From NCBI GenBank assembly GCA_963724765.1, contig CAVRVY010000001.1:1344001-1408000 (forward strand): 64,000 nucleotides of DNA. The letters run 5' to 3'. The notes under the pieces were generated by a model. That model made no database searches. It saw nothing but the letters and a program-made list of their open reading frames with translations, and was not told the DNA's origin. Source of the stretch: an uncultured delta proteobacterium. Lineage in GTDB: Bacteria > Desulfobacterota > Binatia > Binatales > Binataceae. The translations under genes and the position numbers were made by a program. Within the stretch, counting starts at the first letter, position 1, and the number at the start of each line of letters is the position of its first letter. Shown here piece by piece: positions 51,799 through 61,371 of this stretch.

Positions 51799-52806
51799 CT
51801 ACGCGCCCGCCATCGCGCGCATTGTGTTCTGGAAGTCGCGCTCGGCCGTGCGTCCGGGGCCGATCGGAAAGATCACTGGATGGTTGACGCCCGCGGCGCG
51901 AAAGCTGGCGACGAAGTCGCGGCCGCTACTGGCGGCACCGAAGGCCCCGATACGGCGCATGTCGGCGTCGCTCAGCGCCTTGTACGCGTCGTCGCGCTTG
52001 CCCTCGCGCCAGAGCCGTCGCACTTCGGCGAACTGGTCGCCGAGCCCGTAGCGCGCAAACATCTCGTTGTACGCGTCGACGAAGGCGTAGCCCGCGAGTT
52101 CGCGCTTGAACGATTCGAGCGCCTTGTCCTCATCTTCGGTGATGCACATGCGGAGATAAATCGCGATATCCACGTCGGCGGGATTGCGGCCGGCCTGCTC
52201 GGCGCCCGCGCGCACCTCGGCGATCATCGCGGGCACGGCCTCGGACGGCGAATAGTTGAGCAGGACGCCGTCGGCGACTTCGCCCGCCAGGCGCAGCATC
52301 GGCGGGTTGAGCGCGGCGAGATAAATCCGCGGCGGGCGCGGCGCACTGGTGACGAAGCTGTGGCGGAAGTCGCACTTGTAGACCTTGCCCTCGAACTTGC
52401 AGCGCCCCTTGGTGAAAAGCTCGCGCATGATATGGACGCACTCGCGCATCGCGGTCACCGGCTTGCGATACGACGCGCCATGCCAGCGCTCGACGATCAC
52501 CGGGCTGGAGACGCCAAGACCGGCGATCGCGCGGCCGCCCGAAAGCTCGTTGAGCGCCATCGCTTCCATCGCGAGCACGCCGGGCGTGCGAATCTGGATC
52601 GGCACCACGCCGGTCGCCAACTCGACGCGTTTGGTCGCCATCGCGCACGGCGCCAGGGCCACGAAGGCGTTGGGGCCGGCGACCTCGGCGACCCATAGCG
52701 AGGCATAACCGCTCTCTTCGGCTTCGAGCGAAAGCTTGCCCAGTGAACCGAAGAGCGACGAGACGACCGAAAGATGCAGTCCGAGCTTGTTGGTTTGCTT
52801 TGACAT
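51799..52806 (-). CDS. LLM-class oxidoreductase, probably F420-dependent
   Basis: LWVAE, LATGVVPIQIRTP, LSGGRAIAGLGVS, IYLAALNPPMLRLAGEVADG. Confidence 0.88.
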   Translation of the reverse strand: MSKQTNKLGLHLSVVSSLFGSLGKLSLEAEESGYASLWVAEVAGPNAFVALAPCAMATKRVELATGVVPIQIRTPGVLAMEAMALNELSGGRAIAGLGVSSPVIVERWHGASYRKPVTAMRECVHIMRELFTKGRCKFEGKVYKCDFRHSFVTSAPRPPRIYLAALNPPMLRLAGEVADGVLLNYSPSEAVPAMIAEVRAGAEQAGRNPADVDIAIYLRMCITEDEDKALESFKRELAGYAFVDAYNEMFARYGLGDQFAEVRRLWREGKRDDAYKALSDADMRRIGAFGAASSGRDFVASFRAAGVNHPVIFPIGPGRTAERDFQNTMRAMAGA

Positions 52807-52948
52807 CGGGTATCCGGCGTTGATGGAATTGCGGTCAAGCGAGATTTTGCCGCTATCGCGCGCGCCTGCGCAAGCCGCGAAGGTTGCCGGGATGGGGTGG
52901 CGCGAATTATAAGATCAGCCGGAGCGCCCGCAGCGATCCATCAGCACG

Positions 52949-53722
52949 ATGCCTTTCTTCGATTCCGACGGCGTAAAAATTCATTACCTGGACCAGGGAT
53001 ACGGCGCGCCGGTGCTCATGATCCACGGCTTCGGCTCCAGCGCGGATGAGCACTGGGTTAAGACCGGTATGGTCGAGCGGCTGGCGCGCCGATGGCGGGT
53101 TATTGCCTACGACGCGCGCGGCCACGGCCATAGCGACAAGCCTCACAACCCCGCCGAATACGGACTTGCGCACATGTGCGCCGACGCCGTCGCGCTGCTG
53201 GACCATCTGAAGATCGTGCGGGCGCGGATGATGGGCTACTCGATGGGCGGGCGAATCACACTCGAGGTGCTGTTGCGCCATCCGCAGCGCCTGAGCGCCG
53301 CAATATTCGGCGGCTATGGCGAGGGCGGCCAGATCGCGACGCCGGGCCAGCGCCATCGTATTGCGGCCGCGCTGTTGGCCGAAGATCCCGCGGTAATCGA
53401 GGACGTGCTGGCGCGCCGCTTTCGTCGTGGCGCCGAGCGCAATGGCAAGGACCTGCGCGCGCTCGCGGCCTGCATCGGAGCCGAAGAGACGACCGATGCG
53501 GACTCGACCATCGACTACGACGCGCTCAGACGCGCGGCGGTGCCGGTGCTAATCGCGACTGGCGACAAGGACACGATAGCGGGCGATCCGCGGTCGTTTT
53601 CGGGATGGTTCCGCGACGCGCGCGTGGTGGTGCTGGAGGGCGGCGACCACATGACGATCCCCGCCGATCCGCGTTTCCATCAGGCGGTCGAGGACTTCCT
53701 CGCGACGATCTCCGACGCGTGA
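52949..53722 (+). CDS. Alpha/beta-fold hydrolase
   Basis: IHGFG, YDARGHGHS, GYSMGG nucleophile elbow, GDKD, GDH. Confidence 0.92.
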   Translation: MPFFDSDGVKIHYLDQGYGAPVLMIHGFGSSADEHWVKTGMVERLARRWRVIAYDARGHGHSDKPHNPAEYGLAHMCADAVALLDHLKIVRARMMGYSMGGRITLEVLLRHPQRLSAAIFGGYGEGGQIATPGQRHRIAAALLAEDPAVIEDVLARRFRRGAERNGKDLRALAACIGAEETTDADSTIDYDALRRAAVPVLIATGDKDTIAGDPRSFSGWFRDARVVVLEGGDHMTIPADPRFHQAVEDFLATISDA

Positions 53723-53760
53723 CTCTCTCTCCCTCAAAACTGAGGGGGGGGTAGGGAGTC
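53721..53760. repeat. Imperfect hairpin / REP-like element between convergent genes
   Basis: CTCTCTCCCTCA-AAAC-TGAGGGGGGGG flanked by GACTC...GAGTC. Confidence 0.45.
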
Positions 53761-53791
53761 AGAAACGACGGCCGCTGGCTCTCATCGGTTC

Positions 53792-54655
53792 TCAGCTAAT
53801 CGACGGAGTCAGCAGTGGGCCGCTGAGCATATATGGGCGCGTGTCCGGCGGATGGGGCAGTAGTCCGAACAGCACGCCGAGACGCTTGCGCCCTTCGGCT
53901 GAGGGTTCGAGCGTAAGCGCGAAATCAATACGGCTTTGTCTCGCGTCGGGACCGAGACGGATCGTGCCCTGTCCCTGGATCGCGCCGTCGAGGCCCTTTC
54001 CGCTGAGCTTGCTCACCCGTAAAGCGCCGCCGCGCGCCAACTTGAGAGAGCCCTGGACGTTGCCGAGCCGGATTGGCGCGAAGCCCTGCGCCACCTGGAT
54101 GGTGAGGTCGGCGGTGCGAAAATCGAGTTCGCCGCTGGTCGCGGCCGTGTCGTTGCCCGCAAGCTCCGCCCATCCGGCGCCGGAAATTCGCCCGAGCACG
54201 TTGCCGCCGAGCCCGCGTAGCGCAGCCATCCGCGCCAGTCCCATGTCGCTCAATTCGAAGCTGACGCCGATTTGCGCGCCCTTGCGATAGATGGTCGCGC
54301 GCAGCGCGCCGCCGTAAAGCTGCGCATGCACGCGCACGCCGGGTTCGCCGAGCAGCAGTGCGCCGAGCGCCGGGGCGAGCGTCACGTCGGGGCTTTCGAT
54401 CTCGAATGAAGAGGCGGGCTCGAGCGAGACCACACGCACGTCGCTAAGCGCCGCGCCCAGCGGCAGGTTGAGGCCTTGGCCCGAAGAGCTAAACCCGATG
54501 CTCAGCGGCCGCAGCAGCGCCGCGAGCGTCGCCGCGTAGGGAAAAGTCGCGGCGAGCGAGGCGATAAAGACCGCAGCGCCGAAGGCGGAGTAGACGATTG
54601 CGTTGCGATGCTCGCGCGCAAAGCCGCCCAGCCATGTGCCTGGACCGTCAGCCAC
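53792..54655 (-). CDS. gspN: Type II secretion protein N
   Basis: Last gene of the gsp run; N-terminal TM ending ATFPY; beta-rich; overlaps gspM. Confidence 0.75.
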   Translation of the reverse strand: MADGPGTWLGGFAREHRNAIVYSAFGAAVFIASLAATFPYAATLAALLRPLSIGFSSSGQGLNLPLGAALSDVRVVSLEPASSFEIESPDVTLAPALGALLLGEPGVRVHAQLYGGALRATIYRKGAQIGVSFELSDMGLARMAALRGLGGNVLGRISGAGWAELAGNDTAATSGELDFRTADLTIQVAQGFAPIRLGNVQGSLKLARGGALRVSKLSGKGLDGAIQGQGTIRLGPDARQSRIDFALTLEPSAEGRKRLGVLFGLLPHPPDTRPYMLSGPLLTPSIS

Positions 54656-55310
54656 TGCGGCCCAGCGCGACGCAGGTCATCTCGACATCGAAGCTATGCT
54701 GGTCCTGCGAGCGACGGGTGATGTGCAGAGTCGACACCGTCACCGGTACGTTGAGGGCGCTCAGCCCATAAAGCGTGTTTACGATCTGGGGGAGGCTGAG
54801 CCCGTTGAGCTTGAGGTCGACGGTGTACTGCGTCATCCCGCCCGGGATGGTCTTTTCGGCGGGTGTGATCGAGCCAATCTTCTCCTTGCCCGGCGCACGG
54901 GTGAGAGCCTGCTCGACCACCGAGAAGAGCGAGAAGTCACCACTTGCCGCGACCGTACGGGTGCGCATCGTGGCCAGGTCGATGCGCAGGCGCTGGTACG
55001 TGCGCATCATGTGCGCGACCTCAACAGCGTCGTGCTGGCGCTCCTGGATGCGATCGCCAAGGCCGCCGAGCGCGCCCTGGATCGGCAGGTAGATAAGATT
55101 GAAGACGATGAAGAGTGCAACCAGCGCGCCCGCGATTTGCAACAGGACGCGCTCGCGCGATTCGAGCTTCTGATAACGTGCCCGCGCGGCCTCCGCCGTA
55201 GGAGCGGCTGCTGTGCGTACGCGCGCGGTCCCGGCGCTCCAAATTGCGGACACGCGGTTTCCGATCGCGCCGGCGCCTTCGCCGAATATTTTTCGCATCC
55301 GCTCCAGCAT
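54648..55310 (-). CDS. gspM: Type II secretion protein M
   Basis: YQKLESRERVLL followed by TM, coiled coil and ferredoxin-like C-terminus; position after gspL. Confidence 0.82.
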   Translation of the reverse strand: MLERMRKIFGEGAGAIGNRVSAIWSAGTARVRTAAAPTAEAARARYQKLESRERVLLQIAGALVALFIVFNLIYLPIQGALGGLGDRIQERQHDAVEVAHMMRTYQRLRIDLATMRTRTVAASGDFSLFSVVEQALTRAPGKEKIGSITPAEKTIPGGMTQYTVDLKLNGLSLPQIVNTLYGLSALNVPVTVSTLHITRRSQDQHSFDVEMTCVALGRSG

Positions 55311-55319
55311 CGGTGTCGC

Positions 55320-56771
55320 CTACTCGATCAACTCGCCGCGGACCGCCGCGGTGAGCCGGAACTCGACCTTGCTCGGATCGGAGCCGGCGGTGGCATGGGT
55401 TACCTGGATATCGCGGAAGTAGCCGCTTAGGTCCAGCGCCTTCTTGACCCGGTCGACGGTCCCGAACGAGTCGGCCATGCCGTCGAGCTTGATGGTGCCT
55501 TCGTCGAGCGTGAAGTCGACGATCTCCGCGCCGAGATGCGGCGGCAGCGCGCGCGCGAGCGCGAGCAGCGTGTCGAGCGGCGAGGCCGAGGCGCCAGCGC
55601 CGCCCATCACGTGCAACTGTTTCTCCATCGCGGCCACTTGCGCGGCGAGTTCGGCCTTGGCGTCGGCGCCGGAGACGCGCGGGCCCAGCGCGGGTGCGGC
55701 GATAGCGGCGATTTCTCCGTTGACCTGGGCCAGACGGCGCAGGTTGTAGGAGACGTTGATTCCGGCGTGCAACGCGATCGCGGCCGCCGCCGCGCCGGCC
55801 AGTATGAAGCTCGTGCGCCACGGGCGGAGACTGCCCGTGCGGCCACGGAAGGCGAATTCGCCCTGGCGGAAATTGAGCAGCTCGACCGCCGCGCCCGGCG
55901 CCTCGCCAAGCAGCATCGCCAGGCATCCCGCAAACCGCGTCGAGCGCGCGGAAAGCGGTCCAAGAAGCGCCGCGCAGTCGAATTCGTCAAGCGTATGGAC
56001 CGGCACGGCGAGCGCCTCGGCCATCCGGCGGCGCACGTCGGGCGTGGCCGCCATCGGTCCGGTCAGCACCAGCGCAGGCTGCTCGTGGTCGGAGCTGTGG
56101 GCGAGCAGCGTCTGGCGCACCGCACCCAGAATCGCCGAGGCGCCCTGCGCCGGCGCCCCGTTTACCGGGCCGAGTTCGGCGACGACGGTGCGGATCGCCC
56201 GTGGCATCCCGGTGTCGTCGAGCAGCACCATCGAGGTCGAGTCCTGGTCGAGGTCGACCAGCAGATGTGCGCCGCCGTCTCCGTTGCGCACGCGCGCCAG
56301 CAGGGCGGCAAGCGCGAGCGCGCTCAGAGTAACGGTCGTGGGGTTGATTCCGGCGCGCGCGAGCAAATCGAGATGGCGGCGCAGGTCGTCCTTGCGCACC
56401 ATCGCGGCCATCACCAGCGTCTTGTCGTCCTCCTGGCCCACCCGGGTGAAGGCGACCACCGATTCGTCGACGCCCACGGGCAGATGTTCTTCCAGCGCGA
56501 AGGGTACGGTCTGGGTAAGGCGGCGCTGATCCTTGAACGGCAACGTGAGCATTCGCTTGACCACCAACTCGCCGGGCAGCGCGCTCAGGATGAGGTCGGG
56601 CTTGCCGGCTTCGTCGAGCAAGCGGGCAAGCGCGGGCGCGAGATCCGCCTCGTCGGTTCCTCGGTGCTCCTCGACCACCTCGAGCATCGCGAGCGAATTC
56701 CAGTTGCGCTCGGCCAGTGCGCCGCGCACCGAGTCGCCGGCGACTTCGATGGCTAGTATTCGCTGCGCCAT
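55320..56771 (-). CDS. gspL: Type II secretion protein L (PilM/PilN-like)
   Basis: Actin-like N-domain (RMLTLPF...VPFALEEHLP), LNFRQGEF, TM, PilN-like C-terminus. Confidence 0.85.
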   Translation of the reverse strand: MAQRILAIEVAGDSVRGALAERNWNSLAMLEVVEEHRGTDEADLAPALARLLDEAGKPDLILSALPGELVVKRMLTLPFKDQRRLTQTVPFALEEHLPVGVDESVVAFTRVGQEDDKTLVMAAMVRKDDLRRHLDLLARAGINPTTVTLSALALAALLARVRNGDGGAHLLVDLDQDSTSMVLLDDTGMPRAIRTVVAELGPVNGAPAQGASAILGAVRQTLLAHSSDHEQPALVLTGPMAATPDVRRRMAEALAVPVHTLDEFDCAALLGPLSARSTRFAGCLAMLLGEAPGAAVELLNFRQGEFAFRGRTGSLRPWRTSFILAGAAAAAIALHAGINVSYNLRRLAQVNGEIAAIAAPALGPRVSGADAKAELAAQVAAMEKQLHVMGGAGASASPLDTLLALARALPPHLGAEIVDFTLDEGTIKLDGMADSFGTVDRVKKALDLSGYFRDIQVTHATAGSDPSKVEFRLTAAVRGELIE

Positions 56772-56777
56772 CGGCCG

Positions 56778-57731
56778 TTAGCCCTCTTGCCAGCTCGCCA
56801 GCATCGAGGTGCCGTTGGCGTTGCGGCGAAAAGTGCCGGTGATGCGCCGGCGCGCACCGGCGAAGACGCCGATGCCGGTAAGCGTGAAGTAGGCGCTGCG
56901 GGTGGTGATGAGCTTCATCAGGTCGGTGGCGGCGTCGCCCAATCCGGACAGATTGCCGACGTCGGTGACCATCAGGAACGGCTGCACCGTTCGGGCCTGG
57001 ATGATTTCCTTGACCATCGAGACATCGTTGGACAACTGCGGCACCAGCGCGGCGATGACCTCGGGCGACGCGGTATTTATGTTCACGCGCGGCTCGGGCG
57101 AAGCGGTCAGAAACTGTTGCAGCCGGAAAAAGGTTTCGTCGTCCACCCCCCGAATCATTCTCAGATCGCCAATGGTCGGCATCGGGCCGTTGCGCGGCTC
57201 GTACGGCGGTATGAGCTGCAGGTAATAGTCGGCCTCGGCTCCCCCAGGTGATTCGACACTATCGGGGTCGAGCCAGTCAACTATGGCCGGGACGAGGGCG
57301 GGGTTGACTCCGATGTTTGTGAACAGTCGCTCGGTGATCGCGACGTACACGGGATTAGGCTGTCCGGTGCGCGGATTGATGAGCAGATTGATGTCGAGTT
57401 TGCGCGCCTCGTCGACGATCGAGATCTGGGCGAATCCGCCGCCCAGCGGCACCGGCGGAAAGGGTTGGGCCCACGGCTCGTCCAGCCCGTCGTGCGGAGT
57501 TTTGGCGAGCGCGTCCTGCTGCGCGTCGGTCGAGAGCAGCGAGAGGCCGACGCTTATCGCCGAGCGGGCGAGGTACTCGGACCGCACCTGGTTGGCCTGG
57601 CCGGCCGCCGAGCGGTAGCCCAGCGACGCCGTGGTGGTGAAGTCCATCACCAACAACGTCATCAGCGCGAGCGCCATCATCGTGACCAGCAGCGCGACGC
57701 CGCGCTCGCTCGTTTTCGCCGCGCCTACCAT
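56778..57731 (-). CDS. gspK: Type II secretion minor pseudopilin K
   Basis: ERG|VALL, DGLDEPWA, IVDEARKLDIN, IVDWLDPD, GAEADYY, ININTAS. Confidence 0.92.
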   Translation of the reverse strand: MVGAAKTSERGVALLVTMMALALMTLLVMDFTTTASLGYRSAAGQANQVRSEYLARSAISVGLSLLSTDAQQDALAKTPHDGLDEPWAQPFPPVPLGGGFAQISIVDEARKLDINLLINPRTGQPNPVYVAITERLFTNIGVNPALVPAIVDWLDPDSVESPGGAEADYYLQLIPPYEPRNGPMPTIGDLRMIRGVDDETFFRLQQFLTASPEPRVNINTASPEVIAALVPQLSNDVSMVKEIIQARTVQPFLMVTDVGNLSGLGDAATDLMKLITTRSAYFTLTGIGVFAGARRRITGTFRRNANGTSMLASWQEG

Positions 57732-58441
57732 TGCGTGAACGCCATCGGCAGCGTGATCTGGGTCGAGAGCGCGACCGGCGCGCCGCCGGGGCCCGCTATC
57801 AGGATGTCGATCGCGACCGCCTGCGGAAGCTGCAGGCCCGGCGGCAGGCTGGCCGAGTTCCAGCTCTCCTGCCAGATGTTGCCGTTGAAGTAGCGCACGT
57901 GAAAGGCCAGCACATTGGCGGCCAGCACCACCGGCGGCGCGATTTTGATGCCGGCGGTGGCGCTCAGCAGGGCGCTCTGCTGCTGGCGCATCAGCATGCA
58001 CCATCCCTGGTGCTGCGGATTGGCCTGGCCGCTGTAAGAGATTAGCTCTTCGGCGCCGAAGGAGCTGATGCTGCGGCGATGGCCGGAGTCGAGCGTCGAG
58101 ATGATCAGGCTGTCCAGCGGCGCGCCATTTTGCATCCGGCCCTGGCCGACCAGCATCACGTTACTCGCGACGAGCGGGGTCTGGACCGCACCGCGCAGCT
58201 CGTTGGCCAACTCGGCCAGGATCGCGCGTGCCTGACGGTTGCTCAGCAGGCGGCCCTCGGCGTGGATCTTGCCCCCAGCCACCGCGTGGAACGAACTCGC
58301 GAGCATCACCATGATGACCCCGAGGATCGCCACCGCGAGGATTATCTCGATCAGCGTAAAGCCGCGGCTGAAGCCGCGGCGCGGCAGTGCGAGGCCGCGA
58401 TCCGTGCGGCGTGCGGACCGTGATTCACTGGCAGCAGTCAT
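57725..58441 (-). CDS. gspJ: Type II secretion minor pseudopilin J
   Basis: RG|FTLIEI prepilin motif; WQESW...LPQAVAI C-terminus. Confidence 0.85.
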   Translation of the reverse strand: MTAASESRSARRTDRGLALPRRGFSRGFTLIEIILAVAILGVIMVMLASSFHAVAGGKIHAEGRLLSNRQARAILAELANELRGAVQTPLVASNVMLVGQGRMQNGAPLDSLIISTLDSGHRRSISSFGAEELISYSGQANPQHQGWCMLMRQQQSALLSATAGIKIAPPVVLAANVLAFHVRYFNGNIWQESWNSASLPPGLQLPQAVAIDILIAGPGGAPVALSTQITLPMAFTQW

Positions 58442-58482
58442 AAATTCACTGGCGCTGGACAATTGATTCACCGACACGGAGA

Positions 58483-59037
58483 TCAATCCACCGGCGCGGC
58501 GCCAGGCGCTTGGGCGCCCGGTTGCGAGCCTTGCAGCGCAGGGTTCTGCGGCGCCTGGCCTTGAGGCGTGACCACCGTCGGCGTCGGATTGTGCATGAAC
58601 TCGACCAGCGCGAAGTCACGCCCTAAGCGGGGGCCGTAAAGCACGTGAATTTCGACCTCGCGCAGGTCGGGAAAGACCGACGACGGCTCGACCATGCGGG
58701 TCCAGCGGAAGTTGGGATACTGGCCGGAGTATAGCTGGTCGAAGTTGCCGCTGGTGGTGCCGAGCGGCGGGAAACGCTCGAGCTCGGCCTGCGTCATCAT
58801 GGCCTGCGCGAGCATCGCGGCGCGCGAGATCTCCTGTCCGCGGATAACGCTTTGCAGGTCCTGATGTTCGAGCGAAAGCAACGCAAGCAGTGAGATGCCG
58901 AGCACGGCGATCGCGATCAGCACTTCGAGCAGAGTGAAGCCGGCCCGGCTGGCGGGCGCGACTTTTCCCATCGGCGCGCAGATATCGGCGAAGTTCATTG
59001 CGAAAGTCTTAGCCAAAGTTTTGGGCCCGCGACTCAT
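58483..59037 (-). CDS. gspI: Type II secretion minor pseudopilin I
   Basis: AG|FTLLEVLIAIAVL; position between H and J. Confidence 0.85.
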   Translation of the reverse strand: MSRGPKTLAKTFAMNFADICAPMGKVAPASRAGFTLLEVLIAIAVLGISLLALLSLEHQDLQSVIRGQEISRAAMLAQAMMTQAELERFPPLGTTSGNFDQLYSGQYPNFRWTRMVEPSSVFPDLREVEIHVLYGPRLGRDFALVEFMHNPTPTVVTPQGQAPQNPALQGSQPGAQAPGAAPVD

Positions 59038-59666
59038 TGCGACATCGCGAGCGCCGTAACCGGCGGCACGTCGCCGCTCACGATTCCGACGTTGCCGGTC
59101 AGCGGATTGAAACTCAACGTCAGGACGCTGCCCGAGACGGTGTCGAGGTGGATGACCGTCGCGTCGACATAGCCCTCGGGATAGAACTGGCAGCTTATCG
59201 AACCAGCCTTGGCCCCGCCGATTCCTTCGACCGAGACGTCGCGCAGCCTGAGCCCCGGCGGCATCGCGACCGCGTAGCCCCAGGGGCCGCTAAAGGGCAG
59301 GAACTTGGAATCTGGCCCGTACGGGTCCAGGCGCGTGACGTAGTAGAGGTTGTGATCGAGGTCGAAGGTCATCCGGTAGATGACTTGCTGGGTTGCGGCT
59401 TCATCGTAGAGATAGTTGGCGCGGCCGGCGAGGCGGCGCGCCTCGCTTTTGAGTTGAGCGCCATGGAAGCCGCCCAGGTAAGGAATTGCGAGTGTCGTCA
59501 CCAGTCCCATGATGAAAATTACGACAGCGATTTCGAGCAGCGTGAAGCCGGGCGCACCGCTGGCGGAAGTCCGCCGCTTAAGGCCCGCACGCGCCGCGCC
59601 TGGGCGCGCACGAAACGACAGCGGGCCGCGCCGCCATCGCGCGAGCTTGAGGCGAGAGCGGGTCAC
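59034..59666 (-). CDS. gspH: Type II secretion minor pseudopilin H
   Basis: PG|FTLLEI, FYPEG, NPLTG; GTGA overlap with the gspG stop. Confidence 0.85.
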   Translation of the reverse strand: MTRSRLKLARWRRGPLSFRARPGAARAGLKRRTSASGAPGFTLLEIAVVIFIMGLVTTLAIPYLGGFHGAQLKSEARRLAGRANYLYDEAATQQVIYRMTFDLDHNLYYVTRLDPYGPDSKFLPFSGPWGYAVAMPPGLRLRDVSVEGIGGAKAGSISCQFYPEGYVDATVIHLDTVSGSVLTLSFNPLTGNVGIVSGDVPPVTALAMSQ

Positions 59667-60124
59667 GACGAACTGCCGTCGATATCCTCGTCCTTGCCGG
59701 TGCCGCCGGGCTTGCCGTCGGCGCCGAACGATTTCAGCACGTAGGCGTTGCCATCGCTCTGGTAGAAGTATGGGGTACCCCACGGATCGAGCGGCACCTT
59801 CTCGATATAGCCGCCTTCCTCGTAGTTGGCGGGCTGCCGGCCGCCAGTCGGCGCGCTGACCAGCGCGGTCAGGCCCTGGTCACTGGTCGGATAGTAGCCG
59901 TTATCGAGATAGTAGCGGTCGAGCGCGGTCTTGATTTCGGAGATGTCGGCCTCGGCCTTGGTGCGCTTGGCCTTGTCGGTCGCGCCTTTGAGGCTTTGCA
60001 CCACGATAGTGGCGAGCAGCCCGAGGATCAGGATGACTACCATGATCTCGATCAGCGTGAAGCCTTCTTCGAGCCTGCGCCGCCGCGTCATTCGCTCCAT
60101 TGTCATGCGCCCCCATATCGTCAT
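59663..60124 (-). CDS. gspG: Type II secretion major pseudopilin G
   Basis: EG|FTLIEIMVV, YYLDNGYYPTSDQGLTALV, DPWGTPY, SFGADG...DEDI. Confidence 0.96.
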   Translation of the reverse strand: MTIWGRMTMERMTRRRRLEEGFTLIEIMVVILILGLLATIVVQSLKGATDKAKRTKAEADISEIKTALDRYYLDNGYYPTSDQGLTALVSAPTGGRQPANYEEGGYIEKVPLDPWGTPYFYQSDGNAYVLKSFGADGKPGGTGKDEDIDGSSS

Positions 60125-61341
60125 TTCATCAACTGGTTCAATTGGAATATCGGCAGCAGGATCGCCAGCATCATAAACAGGATAATCCCCGCCATCGCCA
60201 AGGTCATCAGCGGCTCCAGCAGCGTCGTGAGCTGGTTGAGCGAGCGCTCGACCTCGCGTTCGTACGTGTCGGCCACCCGCTCGAGCATCGATTCGACCTC
60301 GCCCGTACGTTCGCCCACGCGGATCATCTCGATCAGTAGCGGCGGGAACAGTCCGCTTTGCGCGAGCGGATGGGTCATCCCGTGACCCTCGCGGATCGAG
60401 GTGCGGCTCTCCTCAACTGCGTCGGCGAGCAGCGCGTTGGTGATCACGTGTTTGACCGAGGCGAGCGCGGGCAGCAACTGCACGCCGCTTTGCAGCATCG
60501 TGGCCAGCGTGCGCGAAAAGCGCGCGCAGATCACACGCGTGACCGTGGCGCCGATGTAGGGCATGCGCAAGAGCCAGGTGTCGTAAAAGCGCCGCCCGCG
60601 CCTGGTGGAGAGCCCGTACATGATTGCGGCAATCGTTCCAACGATCAGTAGCAGCAGGAGCATCCAGTAGCCCGAGAGGAAATTCGAAATCGCGATCAGG
60701 ATGACCGTGGGCAGCGGTAGGGCGGCGTTGCTCTGCTGGAAGATGGTCGCAATCTGCGGCACCACGTAGCTCATCAGGAAAAACATGATCGCGCTGCCCA
60801 CGCAGACCATGATGATCGGGTAGGTCAGCGCGTGAGTCACCTTGGCTTTGAACTCGGCCTGATTTTCGCTGAAATCGGCGATGCGGTTGAGCACGGTCTC
60901 GAGCGCGCCGGCCGCCTCGCCCGCCCGCACCATCCCGACATACAAGTCGGAGAAGGTCTCGGGATGGCCGGCGAGCGCGTCGCCCAGCGAAGTGCCCTCA
61001 CGCACGCGCTCGCGAACTTGCGACAGCAGGCGCTTGGTCACCGGGCGGGTCGATTGGTCGGCGAGCGCGGCGAGCGCGTCGACCAATTGCACGCCGGCGC
61101 CCAGCAACGAACTTAGCTGGCGCGTGAGCAGTGAAAGCTCGGAGGGTGGGATGCGCCGCCCGAAGGAGGGCAGGTAATCGCTCAGGCTGCGCTTGACCGC
61201 GAGCTCTTCCTCCGCCAGGTCGGTGGGAAAGATGCCGCGCTCGCGCAGCTTGCCGCGCGCGGTGCGTACGCTGTCCGCGTCGACGACGCCGGCTACCGAG
61301 CGGCCATTGGCGGCCAATCCGCGATAGGCGAAAACAGGCAT
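60121..61341 (-). CDS. gspF: Type II secretion inner-membrane platform protein F
   Basis: MPVFAY, TRQLSSLL, AGEAAG, ALTYP, VVPQ, GERTG, LLEP. Confidence 0.95.
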   Translation of the reverse strand: MPVFAYRGLAANGRSVAGVVDADSVRTARGKLRERGIFPTDLAEEELAVKRSLSDYLPSFGRRIPPSELSLLTRQLSSLLGAGVQLVDALAALADQSTRPVTKRLLSQVRERVREGTSLGDALAGHPETFSDLYVGMVRAGEAAGALETVLNRIADFSENQAEFKAKVTHALTYPIIMVCVGSAIMFFLMSYVVPQIATIFQQSNAALPLPTVILIAISNFLSGYWMLLLLLIVGTIAAIMYGLSTRRGRRFYDTWLLRMPYIGATVTRVICARFSRTLATMLQSGVQLLPALASVKHVITNALLADAVEESRTSIREGHGMTHPLAQSGLFPPLLIEMIRVGERTGEVESMLERVADTYEREVERSLNQLTTLLEPLMTLAMAGIILFMMLAILLPIFQLNQLMK

Positions 61342-61371
61342 CGGTGGTGAACTTGGAGCGTGGTCCGCGGC

